64,000 nucleotides of DNA from Woronichinia naegeliana WA131 (GTDB lineage Bacteria; Cyanobacteriota; Cyanobacteriia; Cyanobacteriales; Microcystaceae), in NCBI GenBank assembly GCA_025370055.1, contig CP073041.1:4308272-4372271 (forward strand), written 5' to 3'. Below are positions 12,583-21,434 of the stretch, in pieces. The notes beneath the pieces were generated by a model. That model saw only the letters and a list, made by a program, of their open reading frames with translations. It was not told where the DNA came from and made no database searches. The position numbers and the translations under genes were made by a program. Within the stretch, counting starts at the first letter, position 1. Every line of letters starts with the position of its first letter.

Positions 12583-12608
12583 GCGATTCGGCTACCTTGA
12601 ATTTTAAC

Positions 12609-13775
12609 ATGAGTGACTCATCAAGCAAGGAGCAGCATTTTGTTATCTCTACCTCAGAGAAAACTTGGGCTGAGATCGCTCCTTTTGGTACAAAACAAGT
12701 TGTCCCTTTTCCTCTAGAGTCGAACCAACTATATACGCTCTCACGTTTTGCCTACCTCCACAATCTTGACGGGAAAATGGTGCTGGAATCTCCCTTGGCT
12801 CATTGTCAAGTGATTCTGTATGATGAGCGATCGCTTGCCATTTTTCATGCTCTTTCTGCTCCTCAAACTCTGGCACAATTGGGTAATCAATTTTCAGATA
12901 TTCCCCAAGATATTATTGCAACCTTCCTAAGTTGGTTGCTAGGAGAGAAATTTTTAGCGGTTACTGATAAAGATGGAACGGTCAATGAGGAACCATCATT
13001 ACATCTGTGGGAACTTCACGACCTGTTGTTTCATGCCAGAAGTCGTTTAGGAAGGCATAATTATCCCTATGGGAAAAGCAATCTCCATTTAGGTAAAATC
13101 GAACCACTTCCTGCTGTGAAGTCGTCAAACTCATTTGCAACAATTACTCTATATCAGCCAAATATTGAAGCCTTGATGGATTGTGATATTCCCTTCACTC
13201 GTGTCATGGAACAAAGGCGATCGCAAAGGCAACAAGGTAAACAGCCAATTACTATTGAACAATTAGGTGAGTTTCTCTATCGTACTGCTCGTATTAGATC
13301 GCTCAAAATGACTGAATCTGTCGAGTATGAATTTAGCGATCGCCCCTATCCTAGTGGTGGTGCTTGTTATGAGTTGGAACTGTATTTGATAATCAATGCT
13401 TGTCAGGGAATAGAATCAGGACTCTACCATTACTGTCCCAAAGAACATTTTCTCTGTCAATTAAACGGTTACACGGGAGAAGTTTATAAACTTTCCTGTC
13501 AAGCAGTTACTGAATCAGGCTTACCTCAAGTCTTAATTATCCTAGCAGCCCGCTTTTCCAGAGTCGCTTGGAAATATCGCTCTCTTGCTTATTCCTTGAC
13601 ATTAAAACACGTCGGCGTTCTTTATCAAAGTATGTATCTAGTTGCAACAGCGATGGAGCTTGCCTCTTGCGCCATCGGAGGAGGAGATTCTGACCTGTTT
13701 GCCGAAGCAACTAAAACTGATTACTTGATTGAAACTTCCGTCGGTGAATTTATACTGGGTAGCCAAGCAGACTAG
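12609..13775 (+). CDS. SagB-type (McbC-like) FMN-dependent azoline dehydrogenase
   Basis: Nitroreductase-like motifs RRSQRQ and RPYPSGGACYELELYL. The ORF-track start at 12525 overlaps the YcaO gene; the ATG at 12609 (MSDSSSKEQHFV...) is the more plausible start. Confidence 0.75.
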   Translation: MSDSSSKEQHFVISTSEKTWAEIAPFGTKQVVPFPLESNQLYTLSRFAYLHNLDGKMVLESPLAHCQVILYDERSLAIFHALSAPQTLAQLGNQFSDIPQDIIATFLSWLLGEKFLAVTDKDGTVNEEPSLHLWELHDLLFHARSRLGRHNYPYGKSNLHLGKIEPLPAVKSSNSFATITLYQPNIEALMDCDIPFTRVMEQRRSQRQQGKQPITIEQLGEFLYRTARIRSLKMTESVEYEFSDRPYPSGGACYELELYLIINACQGIESGLYHYCPKEHFLCQLNGYTGEVYKLSCQAVTESGLPQVLIILAARFSRVAWKYRSLAYSLTLKHVGVLYQSMYLVATAMELASCAIGGGDSDLFAEATKTDYLIETSVGEFILGSQAD

Positions 13776-13804
13776 CAACCTCTCTTTACCGTGGAAATAT
13801 CAAT

Positions 13805-15121
13805 TTAGCGACTATTGAATCTTTCGGCAAAATACTGTCTATACAACTCACAACTCAAGATCACTTGATTTCCATACTGTTTAATTAGTCCCATGCTACT
13901 TAATTTATGGATCAGAATATTATCATCTAGAGAAATAGCTTCAGTCGCATCCATGACACGTTTAAGCGCAGTAGTTAATTTAGGTTGTTCTTGCAATGTG
14001 GCCCAATGTCGCTGCAAATAGTGAGTATAAATGCCAACATTTGTGGCCGCAGTTTCTAATAGTTGTTCTAGGGTCATTTCTCCCTGACCCAGGTGATAAA
14101 AGGCAATTTGTACCAATGCGGGATGACCATCTACCATCTCCATCAGTTGTTGACAATGTTCTCCTTGTCCACAGTCTAGTCCGTAGCATTGTGCTAATTT
14201 TTTAACCTCTTCTTGAGAAAAGTTACTTAACTGAATGGGCAATCCTATATTAAAGGGAGACTGATTAAGCTGAAGCGGAACGTAAATTTCTGTGGAGTGG
14301 ACGATGACTAGACGAAGTCTTTGCCAGAGGGGTGAGGTTTTGGCTTCTTCGTACCACGATCGCAGTAGAGGAAAAAAATCCTTTGCCACCTCAGAATGCT
14401 CAAAAAGCTGGTTTGCCTCATCTAAAGCCAAAACGAGAGGCGTTTGGATTGACTTTAATAGATAATCTTCAAAATAGGAAGTACAACTAATTTTGCTACC
14501 TAAGTCTTGATCCCAATATTCATCTAATCTAGGTTCTAAGTGAAGTTGACGGGCAACATTAGCACAAAGCCAGCGCAAAAATTGATTGAGGTTATTCAGG
14601 ATGGCTTGATCCGCTTGGTCTAAATTGAGGCTAACGGTCTGGTAGCCCTGGTTTTTTGCAAATTCCAAAAGTCTCAGTAATAGCGAGGTTTTACCCATTT
14701 CCTTTGGAGCTTTGATTCGCACGAGGGAACCTGGTTTCCTAATTTCTTGTTTACTTTGTTCTTCGACGGGAAAGCGTTCGAGATAAAAAGGGGAACCGAG
14801 GGGAACGGCTCCATTGGGGTAAAGCGGCTGGGGATTAGGATTAGTTTCTAAAAATTCAAGGTTTTCAGGGGTTTTAGGATTTGTCGGGGATGTTGTTTCA
14901 AAGTCCAGATTAGCTATTTCTTTCCATTCCAAGCCCAATTGCCGACAGAGTTCTTCAAAGGTGGTGAAGTCAACGGGTTTGCCTGTGAGAAAGTTACTGA
15001 CGGTAGCCAGGGCCAAACCAACCTCTTCCGCTAAGGCTCGTTGGCTGGGGAAGCCGTTGCGTTGGAGGGCTAGTTTGACGCGGCCTAGTTGGGCTGGTTG
15101 GACTCTCAGCGATCGGGGCAT
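13805..15121 (-). CDS. HTH-containing 'AAA-like domain' ATPase (N-terminal helix-turn-helix plus P-loop NTPase), a possible regulator
   Basis: The N-terminus (QRALAEEVGLALATVSNFLTGK) is HTH-like. Walker A KEMGKTSLLLRL. The overall domain is similar to the C-terminal domain of the giant kinase at 827-7033. Confidence 0.6.
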   Translation of the reverse strand: MPRSLRVQPAQLGRVKLALQRNGFPSQRALAEEVGLALATVSNFLTGKPVDFTTFEELCRQLGLEWKEIANLDFETTSPTNPKTPENLEFLETNPNPQPLYPNGAVPLGSPFYLERFPVEEQSKQEIRKPGSLVRIKAPKEMGKTSLLLRLLEFAKNQGYQTVSLNLDQADQAILNNLNQFLRWLCANVARQLHLEPRLDEYWDQDLGSKISCTSYFEDYLLKSIQTPLVLALDEANQLFEHSEVAKDFFPLLRSWYEEAKTSPLWQRLRLVIVHSTEIYVPLQLNQSPFNIGLPIQLSNFSQEEVKKLAQCYGLDCGQGEHCQQLMEMVDGHPALVQIAFYHLGQGEMTLEQLLETAATNVGIYTHYLQRHWATLQEQPKLTTALKRVMDATEAISLDDNILIHKLSSMGLIKQYGNQVILSCELYRQYFAERFNSR

Positions 15122-15303
15122 GGAGGGGCGGTTTTAAGTTTAATGGTCTTATTCTAAGGCAAAAGTCAGAACTCAGAACAAAAGTAGTCATAAGTCAGAA
15201 AGAAGTCAGGTGTTCTCAGGTTTGAAGTCAGATAATGGTGGAGTTTTATGGATATATCGAGAAGTTCTACTTTAAGCAATCAACCAATTACAGGGAGTAA
15301 ACG

Positions 15304-15714
15304 ATGACAGGGCAAATTGTTGAAGCGAATGATTTTAAGCTTGGTAACAAGGATACGCAAATCTACTATCTAGTAGAAAATATCGTTGGTAAACCACAGC
15401 TAATTTATAAAACGCCGCAACTTGACCGTCAGTTTTATGGAGAAGACATCCGTGTTCTAGAAACGGAGATTGGTAAGTTAGTCACTGTTACCGTCGAAAG
15501 ACCACCAATTCCCGATATAGGGGGAAAAGTTGTCACCTTAACTTTGTTGTTACCAGTTATAAACTTATCAGCTAGTTTAGAAATTTCTATTCAGACTGAG
15601 GCAGTTTTAACTACTAAATTGCAACAAGGTTTTATTAATAACCCGCCTGAAGGGCAACTACAGACTTATGAAATCCTTTCTTTAGCAGGGACGGCCAATC
15701 TGGTTAATACTTAA
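15304..15714 (+). CDS. Hypothetical protein (136 aa)
   Basis: Clean ORF with an ATG start upstream of the secretin-like gene; no recognisable motifs. Confidence 0.4.
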   Translation: MTGQIVEANDFKLGNKDTQIYYLVENIVGKPQLIYKTPQLDRQFYGEDIRVLETEIGKLVTVTVERPPIPDIGGKVVTLTLLLPVINLSASLEISIQTEAVLTTKLQQGFINNPPEGQLQTYEILSLAGTANLVNT

Positions 15715-15921
15715 TATTTCTATACGGGACAAAATATTGAAGTCTTTTAGATAATTTAAAGCAAGATTGCTGAGTATTTAACTATAAGAGTTTCAGAAAA
15801 ACTTTTGATCTAAATCAAACTTTTTGTCCCGTTTTTTGGATTTGTCCTGTCATTAGTTCCGTAAAACCATAATACTTTATTAGTTCTTTAAGAGTGTGAC
15901 TTCGATCACGCAGGAGCATCT

Positions 15922-17916
15922 ATGAAAAAGTTAGTTCGTCCGTTTGCCCTTGGTTTAAGTATGATGGTTGGCTTCGGGGTCAACATTCCTGCTCTGAATG
16001 CAAAAACTCCATCTAAACCCAATCAGTCAGTAGCTAATCCTTGCGAAGAAGCTCAAAACGTGTGTGCTGCTGAATCCGTTCCACTTTATTACAATCGTTC
16101 AGCAGACGCAATTAAAACGATACTGGAAAAAATTGTTGGTGATGGTAAGACTGGCAAATTTGCGGGAACTTTTATCGGAGAAAATGGCACTGGCACTGGC
16201 GAAGCATCTGGTAATAACCATAATGTAATCGTCCTATATGGTACAGATGACAACCGAAAAAAACTCAAACGAATCATTGCAATTCTCGACCTTCCCCGTG
16301 AGCGCGTCAATATGGAGATGTGGGGAATACTAATCTCTAGTGACAATCCTCAGCAATTGGCTGAAGTCATGAATCGGGTTAACAAGGAAATTGATAAGAC
16401 TCAACAATTACTGCAAGAGACCTACAATCAAATTAAAGAATATTCCATCAATTATGCTCTTAAGGCAGAGAATAATCCTGATCTTAAAATAGAACCTGAT
16501 TTTAAGAATTTATTTACAGAGGTTCTTGGATATAAAACAGCATTTGATGAAGATTCTTCTTCTCTCTCTATGATAGATATTTTGCTAATCTTGTTAGCAA
16601 GAAATAAACCTAATATTGCATATAATAATGCAGCAAATGGTCTTTGTCAGATTTTCTTTAAAAAAGACGGCCAGCCTAAAGAAGATTTTCAACCCTATTT
16701 AGAGGCTTTAGCTAAAAATGAAAAAAAACGACCCTTTGAAAACTATATCCGTTTGGGTTTACATCAAGAGGATAAAGGATCAACCCCAGGGTGTAACAGT
16801 CTAAAAAATGCTGAGGATTTAGATCAAAGAAATTTTATTGCACGAAAAGCCGTTCTAAATTTTGCCTTACAATATTCTCGTCTCAAGAGAATACCAGCCG
16901 AAATTGATCCCGATGCTTTACAAGAATCTGCCGAAACATTGAACTCTGTTTTGGAACCTGTGGTTAATGCGCTTAACCGTGACATAGAAGATTTGTTCAT
17001 TCAACCGACTTTAGAAAGAATTCAACGCATCGTGAGCGAATATGATGATGTAAGCTATGCGGAAGTGGGCAAAACCAGTGTCGCAGGATTAAATGGTATT
17101 CATTCGGAAGTCTCTTCAACATCAGTCAGTACCTTTGATGAAACTGGCCCTTTAAGGCTTAGTCAATGGCTTGAGGATGCGGGCAAACTCAATAACAGTG
17201 TCTCAAGTTTATTACCAAAAGAGGTTGCGTTTGAAGGTAGTCCAATCCCTGTATCCTCTTTGATAAGTACGGTTGCTGCCCTGAGCGCGGATCACTCCCA
17301 ATGGCGAGGATTAACATCAGGGATTTCGATAACGATTACCCCTTCGGTGTTACGCAACAGCGAGTCGGCAGAACTGCAAATAGATTTTACCACTGGCCCA
17401 AAAGAGATCACTCAAGGAGAAGAGAGTAACAACGGACAAACGAAGCTACGTCCTTTATCCCGCATTGCCCAGAGTCATGTGAAAACAAGTGTTTATGTTA
17501 AAACCTTAGATTTATTTGCTCTTTCTACTTTCAATAATCAAACTACTGAAGATGGTGGACGAGGCTATATCCCTCTAATTGGCCCAATTTGGAAAGGATT
17601 TTTCAGTGGACTTCCAATTGTTGGCGATCTGTTCAGTTGGCAGAATGCACCCAACAATGTTCAGCATCAAAGTATTGCATTAGTTAACTCCTTTATTGTC
17701 CCTACTGCAATGGGATTAGCTCATTTATACAGCAACAGTAACAGTAACACAATTCCCTTTGAATATAAGTCTTCTGCCGTTGAAAGATATTTGGATTGTC
17801 TTAAGAAAAAGAATCAAGCAACTGTTGTTGATTCTCAGTGTTTTGTTACAAGCCCGCAACAACCATATCAATATCAGCAACTCCCACCTCAATATCAACC
17901 TGACTTTTCCCGTTAA
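15922..17916 (+). CDS. Divergent secretin-family outer-membrane protein (signal peptide, secretin-N-like module, C-terminal secretin motif). The last ~4 codons and the stop are supplied by the inserted IS.
   Basis: Signal peptide MKKLVRPFALGLSMMVGFGVNIPALNA. Secretin_N-like HNVIVLYGTDDNRKKLKRIIAILDLPRERVNMEMWGILISS. C-terminal IPLIGPIWKGFFSGLPIVGDLFS resembling the conserved secretin PxLGxIPxLGxLF motif. The reading frame continues across the IS as ...QYQQVPNTGVRP* at 21114+. Confidence 0.5.
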   Translation: MKKLVRPFALGLSMMVGFGVNIPALNAKTPSKPNQSVANPCEEAQNVCAAESVPLYYNRSADAIKTILEKIVGDGKTGKFAGTFIGENGTGTGEASGNNHNVIVLYGTDDNRKKLKRIIAILDLPRERVNMEMWGILISSDNPQQLAEVMNRVNKEIDKTQQLLQETYNQIKEYSINYALKAENNPDLKIEPDFKNLFTEVLGYKTAFDEDSSSLSMIDILLILLARNKPNIAYNNAANGLCQIFFKKDGQPKEDFQPYLEALAKNEKKRPFENYIRLGLHQEDKGSTPGCNSLKNAEDLDQRNFIARKAVLNFALQYSRLKRIPAEIDPDALQESAETLNSVLEPVVNALNRDIEDLFIQPTLERIQRIVSEYDDVSYAEVGKTSVAGLNGIHSEVSSTSVSTFDETGPLRLSQWLEDAGKLNNSVSSLLPKEVAFEGSPIPVSSLISTVAALSADHSQWRGLTSGISITITPSVLRNSESAELQIDFTTGPKEITQGEESNNGQTKLRPLSRIAQSHVKTSVYVKTLDLFALSTFNNQTTEDGGRGYIPLIGPIWKGFFSGLPIVGDLFSWQNAPNNVQHQSIALVNSFIVPTAMGLAHLYSNSNSNTIPFEYKSSAVERYLDCLKKKNQATVVDSQCFVTSPQQPYQYQQLPPQYQPDFSR

Positions 17917-20900
17917 GTGCGGATTGCAAGCTGCCAGCCTTGGCAAAGGTCATGCAACTTCAACCAACCGCGCCAAAGGACTTGGATACCGAGAGGAGTT
18001 TTACGACGATGTTCAAGATAACCACCAAGAAAAGCAACAGACTCGACAGCCCAAGCAACAGTCAAAATAGGGGGAAGTTTTTGAGAGGCGGCTGCTTTTA
18101 ACACCTGAAGTTGAAGAGGATTAAGAATTTCAATCGCGAGAGCATCGGGCTGGGTACGATGAAGATAAGTAACGTGTAAAAGTTCAACAGCAATGACACT
18201 TAAAAAACCCAAAAGAGTTTTCATTCCATCAGAGGCAAGTCGATAACGCTCACTCTGACAACCAGACTTAAGGACTTTATGAAATTCTTCAACCCGCCAT
18301 CGGTAGGTGTACCAACGAAGAATAGTGACAGCCATCTCAATAGTCTCAACAACTTCTGTAGTCAGAAGCATCCAAGATAAAGGAGTTTCGCCTTCGGGAC
18401 AATCGATTTCTGTCGCATAAACAGCATAGACATTCAACGGGTCACGATTATCAAAACGATAGGGAGTTCGTAGATTCTGACTTTTCCCGTTAAGTGCGGA
18501 TTGCAAGCTGCCAGCCTTGGCAAAGGTCATGCAACTTCAACCAACCGCGCCAAAGGACTTGGATACCGAGAGGAGTTTTACGACGATGTTCAAGATAACC
18601 ACCAAGAAAAGCAACAGACTCGACAGCCCAAGCAACAGTCAAAATAGGGGGAAGTTTTTGAGAGGCGGCTGCTTTTAACACCTGAAGTTGAAGAGGATTA
18701 AGAATTTCAATCGCGAGAGCATCGGGCTGGGTACGATGAAGATAAGTAACGTGTAAAAGTTCAACAGCAATGACACTTAAAAAACCCAAAAGAGTTTTCA
18801 TTCCATCAGAGGCAAGTCGATAACGCTCACTCTGACAACCAGACTTAAGGACTTTATGAAATTCTTCAACCCGCCATCGGTAGGTGTACCAACGAAGAAT
18901 AGTGACAGCCATCTCAATAGTCTCAACAACTTCTGTAGTCAGAAGCATCCAAGATAAAGGAGTTTCGCCTTCGGGACAATCGATTTCTGTCGCATAAACA
19001 GCATAGACATTCAACGGGTCACGATTATCAAAACGATAGGGAGTTCGTAGATTAACTGAGCAAAATCGGACGGCAAGCTTAACCTTCCGTGCTTTTCTTT
19101 TTCCTGTACTCGGAATCTCGATTTCTTGATGAAAACGAATCGGTTCTGATTCCAAATGTTGCCAAAGTCGTTCACTATTTTTGTCTAAACTACGATTATG
19201 AGACGCTCTGACCAGCACTCCTGTATGCTTGAGTTGACGCACTGAGTCAAAGACTTCTGAAACATCTCCTTCTCTGTCAAATACATGAATTACCCTCGTT
19301 GAACTTTCTACCTGTTTCTCACAGGTGTTTAGAGCCTCTACCCATTTGTAGGATTCTTTTTCCTCAAATGGTCTTTGACGAGCTGCTTTTCTTTGTTCTT
19401 TCTGTCTTTCTTTTTTCTGCTTCGCCGTTTCATCTGTTGGGGGCTTTTCTTTTACCTCCCTATTCCACAGTTTTTGCCATAATAAACCTAATACTTGTCC
19501 TTTTTCTGGCTCAATTGCTAAAGCACTATGCAGTATTAATCCATTCCCTCCTTTTCCAGTCGGCCCATACCCTTCCCTTTTTTCCTTGATATTGCGATAA
19601 TCTAAGAAGGTCGTATCTCCGACTGATAGCATTATCTTATATTCTTCTACGGCGGCAGTTGTCATTTCACAGTGCGGCTCTATTATCTTGACAAAGTCTG
19701 TTTTCGGATTCCCAAAAATTCATAGGCCCTCTTTAACTCGTTTCCTCCCTTAAACACTTCTGATAAGGCTTTTCCAAACCCCTCACTTAACTTTTTCCCA
19801 ATCGAGAAGGCACGATTGTTTAGCCTCTCGTCTCCCAATTCACAACTGGCAAAGTTTTTTGTCCACCATTCCAACATTTTTTGACCTGCCCTTTAAGATT
19901 TTCTCCATTTTACAGTCTCATACTCCCTTCATCCTTTGTTTTTGAAATTTGAACGATAAGCGGGATGATGGCTTCAGAATATTTTTTTCCTGTCAAGAGA
20001 ATCATTACTCAAACCCTTGCCAGATAAAGCCTCTAGAAGTTTGCATTGCTGGATTTTGGACTTAACGGGAAAAGTCAGTTCGTAGATTAACTGAGCAAAA
20101 TCGGACGGCAAGCTTAACCTTCCGTGCTTTTCTTTTTCCTGTACTCGGAATCTCGATTTCTTGATGAAAACGAATCGGTTCTGATTCCAAATGTTGCCAA
20201 AGTCGTTCACTATTTTTGTCTAAACTACGATTATGAGACGCTCTGACCAGCACTCCTGTATGCTTGAGTTGACGCACTGAGTCAAAGACTTCTGAAACAT
20301 CTCCTTCTCTGTCAAATACATGAATTACCCTCGTTGAACTTTCTACCTGTTTCTCACAGGTGTTTAGAGCCTCTACCCATTTGTAGGATTCTTTTTCCTC
20401 AAATGGTCTTTGACGAGCTGCTTTTCTTTGTTCTTTCTGTCTTTCTTTTTTCTGCTTCGCCGTTTCATCTGTTGGGGGCTTTTCTTTTACCTCCCTATTC
20501 CACAGTTTTTGCCATAATAAACCTAATACTTGTCCTTTTTCTGGCTCAATTGCTAAAGCACTATGCAGTATTAATCCATTCCCTCCTTTTCCAGTCGGCC
20601 CATACCCTTCCCTTTTTTCCTTGATATTGCGATAATCTAAGAAGGTCGTATCTCCGACTGATAGCATTATCTTATATTCTTCTACGGCGGCAGTTGTCAT
20701 TTCACAGTGCGGCTCTATTATCTTGACAAAGTCTGTTTTCGGATTCCCAAAAATTCATAGGCCCTCTTTAACTCGTTTCCTCCCTTAAACACTTCTGATA
20801 AGGCTTTTCCAAACCCCTCACTTAACTTTTTCCCAATCGAGAAGGCACGATTGTTTAGCCTCTCGTCTCCCAATTCACAACTGGCAAAGTTTTTTGTCCA

Positions 20901-21113
20901 CCATTCCAACATTTTTTGACCTGCCCTTTAAGATTTTCTCCATTTTACAGTCTCATACTCCCTTCATCCTTTGTTTTTGAAATTTGAACGATAAGCGGGA
21001 TGATGGCTTCAGAATATTTTTTTCCTGTCAAGAGAATCATTACTCAAACCCTTGCCAGATAAAGCCTCTAGAAGTTTGCATTGCTGGATTTTGGACTTAA
21101 CGGGAAAAGTCAG
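17900..21113 (-). mobile_element. Composite of two identical 1602-bp Tn5/IS4-family IS copies. The outer copy (17900-18476 plus 20079-21113) is interrupted by a complete inner copy (18477-20078) in the same orientation. Terminal IRs are CTGACTTTTCCCGTTAAGT. Outer TSD is CAATATCAAC (17890-17899 / 21114-21123) and inner TSD is TTCGTAGATT (18467-18476 / 20079-20088).
   Basis: Exact sequence identity between segments (identical ORF translations 18490-19665 vs 17913-18530 and 20062-20700; 19683-19877 vs 20718-20912). Inverted terminal repeats read directly. 577+1035 = 1602+10. Confidence 0.9.
18490..19877 (-). CDS. IS4/IS50-family DDE transposase of the inner IS copy, in two overlapping frames (N-part 19683-19877, main part 18490-19665). 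Either a frameshift or programmed frameshifting.
   Basis: The N-part LGDERLNNRAFSIGKKLSEGFGKALSE...AYEFLGIRKQTLS parallels the Tn5 Tnp N-terminus. The main part carries DTT..., VFDREGD and the YTYRWRVEEFHKVLKSGCQ (YREK) signature of IS4-family transposases. Confidence 0.85.
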
Positions 21114-21434
21114 CAATATCAACAAGTCCCCAATACAGGGGTACGACCCTAAAACAGAACTTTTTTTCAATGATCACAGGTTGGGCTAGATGACAGTATT
21201 TTAAATTTCTAAAAACTTTTTCTAGTCCGATTATTACTTCTAAAATAGGACAATATTATGAACAGAAAGACTCATAATTTAGCAGAAAATACTAGCTAAA
21301 TTATCGACTGGAAATTATCATTATTGAAGTCCAGTCAAAGTCAATTCTTATCTCGTTTGAAATATCTTCAATAGAGATGAGTTAACCACCATTTTCATCA
21401 ATGTAATTTATTTAACTTAGGAGAGAATGACAAA

